DNA of 63,621 nt, the filler included, from Choristocarpus tenellus KU-1152 (lineage: Eukaryota > Protista > Phaeophyceae): assembly GCA_964200185.2 (NCBI GenBank). It is 11 parts of 11 records of this genome, joined end to end, with 100 filler letters (N's around TTAATTAATTAA, not from the genome) between each part and the next. Parts side by side here need not be neighbours in the genome. Positions count along the whole stretch, not along the records: positions 1 to 3,531 come from CAXNAD020019425.1; positions 3,632 to 9,016 come from CAXNAD020010963.1; positions 9,117 to 12,617 come from CAXNAD020019605.1; positions 12,718 to 26,787 come from CAXNAD020001285.1; 7 more parts are not named here. One strand, written 5' to 3'. The position numbers and the translations under genes are program-made. The notes beneath the pieces were generated by a model, which worked only from the letters and a program-made list of their open reading frames with translations, was not told the DNA's origin and did not search any database. This document shows positions 1 through 13,115 of this stretch, piece after piece (the stretch's first letter is position 1; each line of letters begins with the position of its first letter).

Positions 1-249
1 GTGGCGTTTACTGTGTCACTGCTGCTGCATTACTCTCAAGTATACTGCATCGTAGTTACGTACATACATTCCTAGTTACGTACGTACAGATCAGGTACTG
101 TGGCACATTTCTCTCTCTATTTTTTTTTCCTTGTATTTTTGCTGCAGGTGCCAACACCAAAAATACATGAACGACCAATGCAATCAACTCTATGGGTGCC
201 GTCTATCTGAAATTCCTCTTTATCCGCATTTACCCTAGGCCATATCTCA

Positions 250-2400
250 GCTCTGGTCGTATCTCCTCTTGGAGCCTAAAGCTAAGCCCAAACTCTACCT
301 CCGTTATTCGTTGCAACTATAGGTCGATGTGATGCTCTAATGCTGAGCTTGAGGTCGTCTATCCAGTGAAACTCGCTCTGCAAGGAAATTACCTTTATGG
401 GTACACGGACAACGATACTGAGGTTGATATCGGTGACGATATTGATAGTGATATGGATTTGGACAATGGCTCTGATTTACTCATGATGAATAGAATTTTC
501 TTGTTGAATGTGAAATGTTTGTGCGGGATCTGTAGCTATATAGGATGTTTGCCCTTTTTTTCAGATCTCTCCATCTGTTGTTGATTTTTTTTCTTCTCGT
601 TTTCGAAACATTCCGTAGGATCAAAGTGATTATTCCTCTATGGAAGGTGTGTCTGGGTAAAGGTATATAATATTTAGTAACAGATAGGATAGAGAAAATT
701 CCATCTAAGTCACAACATTTTATTTTGTGCACCAGTCGCAGCCCTATCCTATTATTTGCTTTCGAGTCGTGTGGAGTTGTTTAATGTGGTGTGGTGAAGT
801 GGACAACGTTTTGATGTTGTTCAAAGTGACGCGAAAATGGTTGTTTGGGAAGGTTGATTATCGTAGAGTGTGGTGAGGTACGGTGGATTGTCGTAGAGTG
901 TAGTGGAGGAGGGTGGAACTTTTCGCAGGAATTTTCTGTATTAATTGATGACTAGAAACAAGTAGTAGGGTAGATTTGTCGCACTGGTTGGTGACTGAAA
1001 GTCAGTTGTGATGATCGTCTGCATTGATTGGTCATTGGAATTGTAGACCTACAATTCAATGTCGATTATTGTTTGCAATGTTTGGTCACTGGATATGCAT
1101 AGCGAGGTGGCATTAGGGGGTGTTTGGAAACCAGTGGCGAAGAGTGATTTTTAATAGTTGGTCAGTGGGTACGTGGAGGTTGCTGGGGTGGATGCTGACT
1201 GGAAATGCTAATTTGGGCGCATAGTGTGGTGGGGGAGCAAGGATAGTGAGAGGAAGGAAGGAAGAGCTGGCGTTATATTTGTTGTGCAGGTCAGGTGGAG
1301 AGTGGATTGAATCCTAGAACGAAAGGCAATTCAATGAATACAGAATTCATGAGGAAATCTAAATATGTTGTACGAAGCAGATTCGTACCTAGTATGAAGT
1401 AGCAGTTATATATAGATCGATGAAAGTAGGAAATTCCAAACGATATAGATGTAGGTATCGTATTACCATGGACTGTTGATATGGGATTCTTTTCTTTCCT
1501 AGATCATTTCACTTGTATCCCATCCAAGTACAAAGTGTGTCTACCCCACTTCCTTACTAAGGATCAATGTTAAAAAGCAAGCAAGTTCTTTTGTGGAAGT
1601 TTCTCTCTATCTGTTCTACATACAGAATAATAGGTTGTTTCTGTTTTGAGTTTCAGATTTATCCATCATCAATATATTCAATATATTCTGTATAGAACAA
1701 AGTTCTTGTGTAGACTTTTACAAATGGTTCCTCTATCCAAAAACTCTAATATATACTTGATGAATACAAGAATTTATACTCTATATCTCATTATCCCACA
1801 AAGAGAAAAGAGGAATAGTATTCAAAATTGCACTTACTACTATATATAGTGTATGGATTGTTTCCCAGAAAATACCAGAGATTTTGAGAGAACGAGCCTC
1901 ACAACAACAATAATGTTTTTTTCATTAATAGTACTTGATGACGTCAGTTAATCTCTTTCTAAGGAAACAGGAAACATAAGGATAATTCCTCTAACCTTTG
2001 AAGTTGGTACCCCCCCGCCCATGAATATCACAGATATTTCCAAGTTATGTGTACAACAACCAATCAATATGGATGGATGGACTGTCCTTGAATCTCTGTC
2101 AAGTGCTTCGATACACTCATCCCCAAACATGACAAATTGACCATGACGTATATTATATGGGACTAAGAACAAGATGTTACTAAGGAATTGAACGAATCTT
2201 TCCCGTAAATTGTTGTGCCCCAACCGCCCCCACTCACAGAAGTAGCTTTCTTTTTCAGCTAAGAGTGAGTGATTTTCGTAAAATGTCCATAAATAGCACA
2301 GAGAGAGAGATGAAGTACTCTTAATTCTTCGTCTGAAAATTTTCAATGAGGTTTGGCCATACTTCTATCTGTATATTTTTATTGCAAACTGTGCATCAGG
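250..2400 (-). mobile_element. Highly decayed Ty3/gypsy pol remnants
   Basis: DGIFSILSV..YIPLPR..RG..LIL (481-732) resembles the gypsy integrase start (SVDYFGPLPxTxRGN.YIL). NNGGRV near 300 resembles NGGVERVN. KESYFC..RLGH near 2220-2260 resembles the RT end. Many stops. Confidence 0.45.
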
Positions 2401-3531
2401 TTCATCTCACCATCCTTTTCAGGGGGCATCAAACTACAATCGGTACCTGCACAAAGAGAGAAACTTGCAAGGTTGAGGTTCTTGCTTAGAGATGAAAGTG
2501 CTAGATAATTTATCACAGTCAGCAAGAATGGAATTGGCATGACAATAGAGAAGGAAAGAGACTAGTAATCCTCAATCCAGTGATAAATTGACAACAAAAA
2601 GGAAATAAAATGGATAAGAACAAGGTCTTGCAAAATATCTCACTCATCATCAACGGATAAACCAATCTTCATATTTTTCTGTTACCCGTTTCTAGATATG
2701 GTGCTTCGACTGTTTATTGTGTACCCACGTTTGGAGGAGGCGTGTGTTGTGTCTGTGAAGACCAGATTCATGGTGCTGGTATCGTCTGTTTTCCTCTTGG
2801 TTGAGAGTTGATGAAATGATGGAGTAAGCAATATATCTGTAATAGTAGACGGGAACATGTGTAGGTAATACAATTAGCTGTTGAAGATGAACGGGACAAA
2901 TTTATGCTGGGGTTGGTATCACTAGTCAATGTAACGTATGTATGCGAGATTCAATGTCATTTCTAAAAAAATAATACTGTTTTTCTGGATATATACATTA
3001 TTGTCTTTTTCCATATTTTACTCTTTTGTATTTTCTCGTTCATTTTTTGCCCTCTTTGCCTTTTTCTTTTCCCCATTGTTGTTATTTGTGTCCTTTCCAT
3101 TTTCATATTTTTTTGTCCAGTTTTTAATACTTGTTTTGTATCTTCTCCGTTTATTTTTTTCCGTTTGACTCTTACCCTTTTCCAAGTTCTTATTTTCTTT
3201 GCTTAATGTTTCTTCCCATAATTACTATTTTTCTTTTTTATTACTTCATGTTTTTCCCCTTTTGTCTCCTTTTTTTATATCTACAACCTCCGTTCGGAAT
3301 TAAATGGACTATACCTTTTTGTAGCTCACATGCATAAGCAAGGTTTTATTCATCTGTCAATATTTTATGGGTGTCATGTGCAGACATTAAAATGTTGCAC
3401 ACCAATATCTCAAACAAAAAGCGACAGTCTACACCTATGTATGATTACGCCCCCCTAAGCCCTCGAAAACTCCATTCCAGCACAGTGTTTCTCCACATCC
3501 ACAGGGGGCATTGGGGGGGGAGCTTGCCCAC

Positions 3532-3631
3532 NNNNNNNNNNNNNNNNNNNNNNNNNNNNNNNNNNNNNNNNNNNNTTAATTAATTAANNNNNNNNNNNNN
3601 NNNNNNNNNNNNNNNNNNNNNNNNNNNNNNN
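3532..3631. other. Artificial contig linker N44-TTAATTAATTAA-N44 (first of ten)
   Basis: Identical 100-nt spacers with the six-frame stop 12-mer at 3576, 9061, 12662, 26832, 31523, 36725, 40464, 47691, 57586 and 60472. Confidence 0.97.
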
Positions 3632-4859
3632 CCCCCCCCTCCCAGATATTTTGGGTCTGAACTGGCAAGAGTGTATAGTCTCAATGGTCATAATGATTAA
3701 GTTATAAATATATACTTAACAAGTACAAACATATAATCTAGGACTTCAAGGTCACAATGGTGTTTATGAAACCGCCATCAAGACAGATCGTCCGTGACAA
3801 TTGTTATTATTATTAACATTATTGTTGCAACAGTTACAAATGTAAAATGTTTGATTTAGATCAAAACAGTATGTCAGACATAATATTAAGTGGTAAGGAC
3901 ACGTACACATTTTGGACATATCTGACACTTGTGCAAAATGTCAGAGGGCATAATGGTATGTGCTTTTGAAGTGTATTTTTGGCAGGAACACGCTCGAAGT
4001 TTTTTTTTTTCCATGCCACCTTCTTGACACAACCTTCTATACCGGATCAGTGGACAACGGTCAGTATTCCCTGTGCCATTTTTTATTGTGGTTTGAATTC
4101 CTTCGGCATCCGATTACTTTTCAGGAAAAAATAGTTTAACTGTTTCAGCCTTTCGAAGTGGACGTCTAATTGGATGTATACATCTGTAATAGATGCTGGA
4201 GTTTGTGCTATAATATGTATTCGTTCTTTTTTTAGTTCCTACTGTACACCACACAAAAGGGCGGAAATCCCCTCCATTAATTGAAGTTAGGGTGTATTGC
4301 GAAGCGACACGAGACAAGTTTCAGCGAAAGATACTTGGGAGTAGGCGGAGACAGGAGTGTTGGAATAACTGAACGCAATGTGGGAGAAGGGAAGGCATGA
4401 ATGGAGGGAGTTCGATTGTTGCATAAGACAAGTGAAGTCACCATAGCCTCACTCCCCAGATAAGACAAGTTCAGGTATGGATAAAAGTAAAGATGTGGTG
4501 AAAAAATGTTGAACACTATTATCGCGTTGCCAATTTCTGTGTGATGAGGGGCAATGAGAACCACTGGAGATGTGGTTCGGGAAGCAGGTGAGAGATGAGA
4601 GATGGAGCTGGGGCGTCCTGGTTGAGGGGTGAGTACTCACGAGAAAAATGCTACCATGGTGATTGGCTGTGACCAATCAGAGTAGGAAACGCAATCCCCG
4701 ATTTTACTGGTTTGAATCTATCGTTCATGTTGGGTACATGGTGACAGGATGGTATGTCCTACTCACACTACATACATCAACTTGAATGGACTCTATGACA
4801 AAAGTTGATATACGAAATTAGTATCACCATATGGTGTTCAGTGTTTTGTATGAATATAC

Positions 4860-5170
4860 GAATGTGGTCAACCTCAACACCTTCGCGGTGGAAAGTTTTC
4901 GGCGCCTCGGCAAGCAAGTGGAATGCTTCCTGGATAAGGTGGCTACACACATTGTAGGGGGGAGAGGAACCGGAGGATATAGCAGGAAAGGAGTGGTTAA
5001 ATCCTGGCTACGCCAAATTGCCTCAGTAACTACGCAAGTGGCACTGTCTAGACATGCCATGCGTTTTAAGCTGGAGTCACCAGGGAGATGAGCACGGAGG
5101 GTTTTGTTGGATTCTTGGGATGCCTCCCTAACTCCTCACCCTGGTGTACAGGAATAGGTAGATTGGAGGC
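4860..5170 (+). mobile_element. CRE-like non-LTR retrotransposon 3' end (restriction-like endonuclease C-terminus)
   Basis: TFAVESFRRLGKQVECFLDKVA...LRQIASVTTQVALSR matches the RLE tail (FAVETxGRLG...LxQxxSVxxQ). A second copy lies at 62271-62430. Confidence 0.7.
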
Positions 5171-5502
5171 GCAGGAAGGTACTACTGAGTGGTACAACAT
5201 TATGAAACAAAGAGTGCTTTTCACATTTATTTGTGATATTATATTTTCTTTGGGTTTATTTTGATATATGAATAGTTTTCAAAAAACAAAATGTCAGTAT
5301 GTATGTGGGAGATTTAAAATTAGACCTCTCGTTCATAATCTCAAAAAAAATAATGGTAAATGTTCCACACCCATACGGATTATGGATGGACGGTCGGACG
5401 ACCAAAATACCCTTTCTTCTCGTCCTAATCGTCTCGACTCAGTGGTCAGGTACGAGGAGATCGAGGGTTTGTTCATAGAAGGAAGGATTTAGGTTGGATT
5501 CT

Positions 5503-8393
5503 ATGACAGGCTCAACTCCGCCGGACCAACCTATGCCGGGTGTCGGTGAAGAAGATGACATGCTTTTGGACAGCGACAACGAGAAGGATATGAATGACAG
5601 GTTGGCCTTGAGTCCAAGTTTTCCCCACCCACTATGACCATACCAAGTTTGCAAGTGCATTCTAACCAACATTACTAGAGCGTAGAAGTTGAAAGGAGAA
5701 GTTTTCGTGATTAGAGCTATGTATAATTTCAAACTCGAATGCTGTACTTTGCGATGAATAACCGAAGTGTGTTTTCTGCGGTGTTTACAGAAACTCCTGA
5801 GGCCCAATTCAACTCACCCCCCCCAATACTGTGTTCTTCAGCAGAGTTCTCAAGCGCCTTAAGAAAACGAGCGGCAACGATGCTGTCGACTTTGAGTATA
5901 GTGGTAGCATTTCAACACGGAGTAGTAAGGAGAAGGAGAAGGATAGGAACGGCGACGGCGACAGAGACCGGGATAGGAACAGGGACAAGGACTGGGACAG
6001 GGAGAGGGACCAGAACAGGAGCAAGAGCGCGGATCAAAAGCGAGACAGAGCGAGGTGTGAACGATGGGACGCGCAGGTTGGGAAAAAAATGCCGCTTTGG
6101 TTGGCGCTTATATATCTCCTCGAGGAGTTGCTTCACATAAGCAAAATGTTGCAGGAAGTCTGCTCACTGCAGAGACATATTTTCTGGGTGCATAGGGAAA
6201 TCATCGTGCTCAGCTGTAGTCTTAGCCTTGTTAAATGGGGGTGAACTACATTCATTTTACGGGCTCAAGGAGTCACCCCGCGAGGTCGTAGGCGGTTTCC
6301 AATATATTTTCTCATCGAAACGATATATGGACCTTACTGTTGGCCACCACTGACTCACATAAGACTCTCAAATAGTTACCCATAGCCTCTCAGTGAAAGC
6401 ATTCAATGGAATCTTAAGGGATCTAATGAATGAGGTAACTACATTGGATTAACGATCCCCATTCAACCACTTGGAAGCGGACGCCCCATACTCGTGCCAC
6501 CCCCTCCCAATGTTGTCGTTCCCCTTCCCTCTGTATATCTGTCATAGTGGCCTCGCTCATAGCTTTCCTCCTTCTCGCCCTTCCCTTCCACCACAGGGCA
6601 TCACCTTCCTCGGTCTCTTATCCGCCATCACCTAATAATGCATTTACTCTTCTCGAGGGAAGCTGGGGCAAGGAAAAGTGGCAGGACTTTGAGCTAATCC
6701 GTGACAATATCCCTGGACCCAGTACGGGGGGTGCCGCAGGCATCGGTGCAGTGGGATTAGGGGACGGGAGCAGCGGGTCGTCATCTCCCAAGCAGTCTGT
6801 TGGGGTTATAAGTGGGCGAATGCCGAGGATTTTGGGTAGTAGAACTCGATCTGTTGTTGGGAGCACAACAGGGCGAGCCTTGTCCAAGGGTGGAGGGGTA
6901 CAAAAATTGAAAGGTGATTATGTGGATGAAAAGAGTATGAATCTTAAGGTTGCTTGTACTGCCCCTGCATTGATTCTGTGCGTTGATTGGGTTCAATAGG
7001 GTCAAATATATAGGGGCTGGGGGGAGATGAAGGTACAATTGAAAGTATATATTATTCTTGAAGTTCGTTTTATTTTATTTTATGTACCTTGTGTGGGCTC
7101 CTCTCCAGACCCCCCTCCACAAGTAAGTTCTTGCAGTGGAATATTTGGGGGGAGACTCTCTTTGAGTTAAAGAAGTATAGGTAATTTTTGACAAAGACTA
7201 ATTTCCTCTCCTGCTTCAAAAAGTACTTTTTGGTGTGAAGGATGGGGGCATTCATAACATGTGCAAATCAAGAAAGAGAAAGTAATGTAAGCATTTCTTA
7301 CTTTGGGGGGGTGAACACATGTTCATGTACATTACATGTCTCTAGTTGTGTACCTCAATGTTGAACTTTGTAAAATGTACATTTTTATTAGAAGGGGTTA
7401 TATTGTAGTTTTAGCTTTTGGATTTAAAAATGGGACAACTCTTCAGAGAGTGTGAGGTAAGAGAGCCCCAAGAAACACTAACTTATTTTGATGAGAACTT
7501 CTGTTGTGCTATCTGCCAGAGTATATGTTGCTTTCTTATTCTGTTCGTGGGGATACCATATTTTTTTGTGAATATTTGTACATACATACACATATTTTTG
7601 CGAAGGCGATAATATCTTGGGTTAGGGTTAGGGGTTTGAGTTGTGAGTTGGGTTGTTATTAGTAATAGGACCTTTGGAGAGTTCCATCGCGCGCTATTGT
7701 ATGTTGAAGTTATGTGAAATATTTTGAAATTGATTATATGTTGTGACACTTTTTTTTTTGTGGAAATGTGCTTGTGAGGATGTTGCATTTTACCTTGATA
7801 CCGAAGGACCTCATATGTGCATTTGTGAGGTGTGCCTTTCTTTTGAAGTGTTGAGAGGGTTAGGGTTAGGGTTAGGGTATTTGCCTTTAGTTGCATTCCC
7901 GCCCTAGACCTGATGACACCTGTAACATCTGTCACAACCATCACCCCCTTTAGAAAATGGTGTCCCCTGCCCTCAGAAAGCTTTATGTTTGGGCAGCGGA
8001 TGAGGAGTGCAAAGCGATGTTGCCGGTTGAAGTTGTCATTAGCTGTGATTGTTCCATGCTCCCCAAATAAGAATATATTTTAATGAGTGATACATCACAC
8101 CTAACACTACATCATATGTAGATGTGTTCATTGGTGAGTTTAGTTTTAGAGGAGGATGATAAATATATTCTCTATGATACTTTCAACCATTGATACACTA
8201 CATCTAACAATACGTCAGACGTGGATATACCTTCTACATCAATGAGTGGACTTTTAAAATGGCAAGATAAATTGCATGTAGCAATATTATTATTATTATT
8301 ATTATTATTATCTTTTTTGGTAGGTATCCCATTTTGTCAAGTGGTTTACTGCAGGACTGGAGAACATGTTGTCATGAGAATAAACCACCGTGA
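5503..8393 (+). CDS. Putative multi-exon gene of unknown function with acidic, RD-repeat and Gly/Ser-rich segments
   Basis: Candidate exons 5503-5600 (MTGSTPPDQPMPGVGEEDDMLL...) and 5845-6076 (VLKRLKK...DRDRDRNRDKDWDRERD...) join in phase. 6597-6948 is open with a pyrimidine-rich CAG acceptor but needs an intervening exon to stay in phase. Possible later exons near 7415-7456 (GTAAGA donor) and 8355-8393. No family recognised. Confidence 0.45.
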
Positions 8394-8790
8394 ATGGGGT
8401 ATATAAGTTGGGAGGAAGGATTCAGCTGATGACTTTAACCTTTGTGTATGGTATGTGTATGCTATGTGTATGCTATGTTTATTGCATTGTCTAGGGTTTT
8501 GTCTTTTTTTATACAAGGGGGGGTGACTCAGTGACTCAGTGTAGGACTTTATCTGAGTGTAGAGCTGGGACTAGAGATGGAGATCGTGGGTAATGATATT
8601 CAGTTTGGTCTTGTTAAGCTAAGGGTTGTGGGTAAGGGTAGGGCTGAACATTGAGTTAAATCTGTAGACAAGAGTTTGGAGAAGTGTTGAGTATAGAGCT
8701 GAGCCAAGGCTAGGGTTAGGGTTAGATGTGTGGAGTTTGGAATAGGGTCAGGGTTAAGTCTAGGGATAGAGTTGGGGTTAACCTTAGGTC
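7618..8790 (+). repeat. Interstitial telomere-like (TTAGGG) short tracts
   Basis: GGGTTA repeats at 7619-7634 and 7857-7878, degenerate at 8708-8788. Others at 37621-37645, 37807-37820 and, reversed, 49322-49335. Confidence 0.7.
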
Positions 8791-9241
8791 TGGACCCAGA
8801 AATCCAAATCCCACGATCGTCCCCTTTTTCTACAACCCCTATCACACACACACACACACCCTCCCCCCTTCTCTAACTGCGGTCTTCCACAAAAATCACT
8901 ACCTTTTTTTTTTTATCTTTTTGTAAAATTATTCTCTCGCTCAAAAATAGTCTCCCCCCCCCCCCCCCCCGCCGCCCCCTTTTTTTTTTTTTTTTTTTTC
9001 TTTCACGTCTAAATATNNNNNNNNNNNNNNNNNNNNNNNNNNNNNNNNNNNNNNNNNNNNTTAATTAATTAANNNNNNNNNNNNNNNNNNNNNNNNNNNN
9101 NNNNNNNNNNNNNNNNAAAATCATATAAAACAGCCAATAATGGCCCAGCAACCTCCCTAGTTATTTCAAGAGTCCCTCCCCCCCCCCCCGCACTACCCTA
9201 CCACTTTCCAGTGAACGTTCTCAGTTTGCCTTGCCACTCAC

Positions 9242-12200
9242 CTCCAAGCAGTACACAGGACTATCACAGAGGTTCCCTTGATGATTTGGCCCCCCATCGT
9301 AGTCCAGCAGCAGGTTCCAGTCCACCCTGGAAGAATAAAAATGCAAGAAAGGTCAGGATCTACTACCTCCAACCCACAAGTTTGGATACGTTATCATTCT
9401 GCCATGCGATGAGAGTCTTGGACACACATCTCAGTTACTAACATAGTTTACAGAAAGCCCTGAATATAACAAGAAACATTTTGAGCTGTTCAGACACAAA
9501 TTCTGAACTGTAGAAGTCAAGACTGCAGCTACAAAGCTGGGGCACCTTTCGCTAAAAATCGATAGCAAACTACCCCTTCACGAGTACTTCACAGTCACCA
9601 TGTTGCCTCTACTGAGAACCCTGAGGGCCAACAACGCCTGCGATTGTTTCGAAGGGGATTTGTCGTGCGCTTACTGCAAATATTGCAATGTCAGTTTGGG
9701 GACTCTTCAGAACGTAAATGTCAACAGTCAGTCTGAACCATGACCCAGGTTGCTGTCCATCTAGATGAAGGTACTTTTTCAGAAGCTCTTCTCAACACTC
9801 CAACAGTGCCTGAAGGACATGGGTCTGATGGAAAATACTCGTCCCATCAAACCCATGCCTTACTATGTGGCATTGGTTGCACAGAGTGGATCCTGACATC
9901 CATGCAGTTGATCATCTATCCAAGACCTTCTATGGCACGAACAACTGGACTCATGTGGAAAAAGCCTTGTTCTATCCCATGTGGGCTAGGGCAAAGGTGT
10001 GGGTACTTCCCTACGAGGACTCTCTATGGTTTCCCACAGTCAAGTGCAAGGGTCATATCCCCAAGCTAGGCAATCTTCAATATGGCAAACACATACTTGG
10101 GCCCTTCCCGCGTCTTCAATGGCAAGCTCAGGACTTGACATATCTACACTGTGAGGAGGGGCTGTATGGACTTCTAAGAAGTGGAAGGCGGTTGAGGAAT
10201 ACCCCTTTGATGCGACCACCGAGCAAGTGGTACCAGAGGTGGTACACCGAGTGTCTGTTGCCCCCCACAAACCATGAACCATTTCCTTAGTCTGTGGCCA
10301 GCGCACAGTGATCTCATAGGATAGCACAATCCCTCACACCACCTGTTGTACTGAAAAAGTCCTCTGCATGGCTTAGGAAGGTAACGGGTGGCATGTGGTC
10401 CATGTGGTGCGACCGGCACAATTGCCTGACTTCAAAATAAAATAAATTGAGATTCTATTGGTCCTTCAAAATCAACCCTCTCAGGGAGTATCATACTACT
10501 ATGTTTTGAGGATCTTGTGTAGGGTGATTTCGACCTCTATCCAGACTATGATATTGTGACACACAGAAAGGTGCGTCAGAGTCTGTTCAAGCTGTATAAC
10601 AGGTCCCTGAAGTTTGTGGTGGGGCAACTGTCTCAGCGCGCCTGCCGCCAAGGGTATTGCAGTGTAGCAATGTTACAGGTCTTAGGAAAAAAATTCTGAA
10701 TACAGACGAATAAGTATTCTTGAGTGCTTTGAATCGGTAGATGGACAACACCAACTGGAGTTCAGACACACACATTTTGCATGGTAAATAATGACAACAA
10801 TAAAAAATTGTTTACATTCATTCATCCAAGGTATCGTTCATATATATATATATACACATATATTGCAACTAACATATCTAGACTTCTGGGCTGGCGGTTA
10901 CTGCACAAGGAAAATCGGTTGATCTGGACATGGACCGATGCAGCCCTCAAGAACCTTCCAGCGCCGCAAAAGGTTGCATCTGAGGAACTGCAATTTCATG
11001 GCAAGGAACACAAACTTTCTTTGCAACAGTGTCAACCCGCAATGTCTCCAAGCAGTCACTACACTTGCCTAGTCTCTCCGCTTTTGACAATCGGAGGAGT
11101 CAACTCCAAACATTACACACATTTCGGCGGAGGTGTAGATCTGGGAATGAACTGTCCAAAAATATCAAAATACATATCATCTATCACGATCTCATGGCGA
11201 AGGGATAAAGAATGGTCAGCTCCTCCCTTACTCCTCCCCTTTCACACACGTGAATATCTCTGCATGTACAATCCCCCCTTGAAACTTCTTTCTCACCAGC
11301 CCACAGCCCAGTTGTTGAGGTCAGCAATGACATCGTGCGCTATGTGCTCAGCCCTCCGCCAACTACCCTCCACAGTGTGATCCACGTAGGGACAGTTGCA
11401 GCTTTCTGAGGACAGCATGAACTTACCCTCAGGCAGGATATTGTGCGACCTATCACACAATGCCAATGGTCGGAACACCAACAAAGTAGGTGAGCAAAGC
11501 AAAAGTCGAACAAGTCAAGAGAGATAAAGCTCACGTACACCGAGAGGCGAAGATCATCAGCAGCATTCCATCAACATACGGAAGACTGGCTCTCTCATTA
11601 AGATGGACACCTCACCACCTGATTGGTCAACCACACCTCGCACTCACCGAGTAGGGATGTCCAACACAGAAAAATTCAACAAGTTCAAAAAATAACTTCA
11701 CATCCACAAGAGTTAGGGCAGAAAGGTCCGTTCGTTTGGAGCATATAGTCCACATTGCAATGTTGCCATAGGAGTTCAAACAAAACTTATCTTACCACCT
11801 CGCTTCACAGCATTCCCTTCCGTGACAACAGAGGATTAGCACACCTCTATGTTCTGGTCAGACTCAGGCACAATGTCTAAGGATTGAACCTAGGGTACAT
11901 AGGTCGAGGACATTAATGCCTACTATTCCATCTATTGAGACCCCACTAGAAACACACTTCCTCGCATTTGTGCGCTACCATACCAAAAAAGGGGTCAGTT
12001 TTCAAGTTCCACTTTGATTTTGAAAGTGGGGGGTGAGAAGGTCACAGAGCGTCTCGATGGATACCAATCGATACACACGCACTGATGATGTGGCCTAGTG
12101 CATTAGTGAAGCGTGCAGTGGTTAAAAGCACGGCGAGTAGATAGAAGGCAAGTAAAATAAATAAAAAAATAGAAAAAAACATGATGGAGACTGAACCCAG

Positions 12201-12523
12201 CAGGAGATGGCCACACCGAAAGGGAAGAGTACCAAAGCAGCAAGACACGACAGAGAACAGAAAAAATAGTTCTTTTAAAAAGGTTCCGAGACTCTTCCTA
12301 ACTTCAAAAGCACAGAGACGCGGGATGTTAGCACCTTCCCCCATCACAACCCAAGTGGGATTTCACAACTTCTCATACTTTATCCCTCACATGTCCAGGC
12401 ATCCCCATCCAAAGCTCCCATCCATATCCCTGTTCCATCCTCCCCAGTACCAGTGGAACGCCATTCCATCCACATACTGGGCTACTTCAGGATCACTCAT
12501 CATCTCATACGTCCATGCTGGCA
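9242..12523 (-). CDS. Glycoside hydrolase family 30 (glucosylceramidase/GBA-like), partial, 3 internal exons
   Basis: Exons 12523-12391 (PAWTYEMMSDPEVAQYVDGMAFHWYWGG...), 11449-11297 (SHNILPEGKFMLSSESCNCP...GSWRRAEHIAHDVIADLNNWAVG) and 9326-9242 (WVDWNLLLDYDGGPNHQGNLCDSPV) join in phase. HWY, the nucleophile motif SESC (TEAC in GBA) and GWxDWNLxLDxxGGPN are GH30_1 hallmarks. Both ends lie outside the contig. Confidence 0.92.
11876..11944 (-). pseudogene. Degenerate tRNA-like / SINE-head sequence in a GH30 intron
   Basis: Minus strand GGGGTCTCAATAGATGGAATAG...CCTAGGTTCAATCCTTAGAC has a B-box GGTTCAATCC and GTCT/AGAC end pairing. No clean anticodon arm. Confidence 0.3.
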
Positions 12524-12717
12524 CTGATGCCCCGTGAGACCACCATACGATTTAGTGTGCGTTCAGCAACCCCACACGGAGTTGGATGAGGGAGAAGGTG
12601 TGTTGAATGGGAGGGGGNNNNNNNNNNNNNNNNNNNNNNNNNNNNNNNNNNNNNNNNNNNNTTAATTAATTAANNNNNNNNNNNNNNNNNNNNNNNNNNN
12701 NNNNNNNNNNNNNNNNN

Positions 12718-13115
12718 GAGATCGGTGAAGTTCCAAAGGATGCTGGCGAACAATGGTACCCGATGGAGGAAATCTCCACCGAGAACACCACAAAGCAATG
12801 GAGTCGCCGAAAGGGCGATAAAGCAACTCATGCGGGCAGCAAGGAGTCAACTGGTAAAAGCTGGACTGGGCGACGAGTATTGGTTCTTTGTCATCACGGA
12901 CGTCGCCTTCAAGACTGGTGGCATGCCACATGAATACCTTGGAGGAGTAACGCCATGCGAACGTCTAACAGGAAAATCTTTCAATTATGATAGACTTTGG
13001 GCCTGGGGGAGCGAGTACTATGTTCGTCAGGACAAGCAGCAGAGAGGGACCACCAGCGCAAAGTTCCACACATACGCCAAGAGAGGTAAAATAATGGGAC
13101 ACGATCGCACAACAT
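12718..13115 (+). mobile_element. Ty1/copia integrase fragment
   Basis: PRTPQSNGVAERAIKQLMRAARSQL...YWFF...TPCERLTG...WGS...KF...AKRG.IMG matches the copia integrase core C-terminus and SH3-like region. Confidence 0.9.

Noticed and set aside
2938-3337. Phe/Leu-rich membrane-protein-like ORFs
   Set aside because: Products of T-rich low-complexity DNA.
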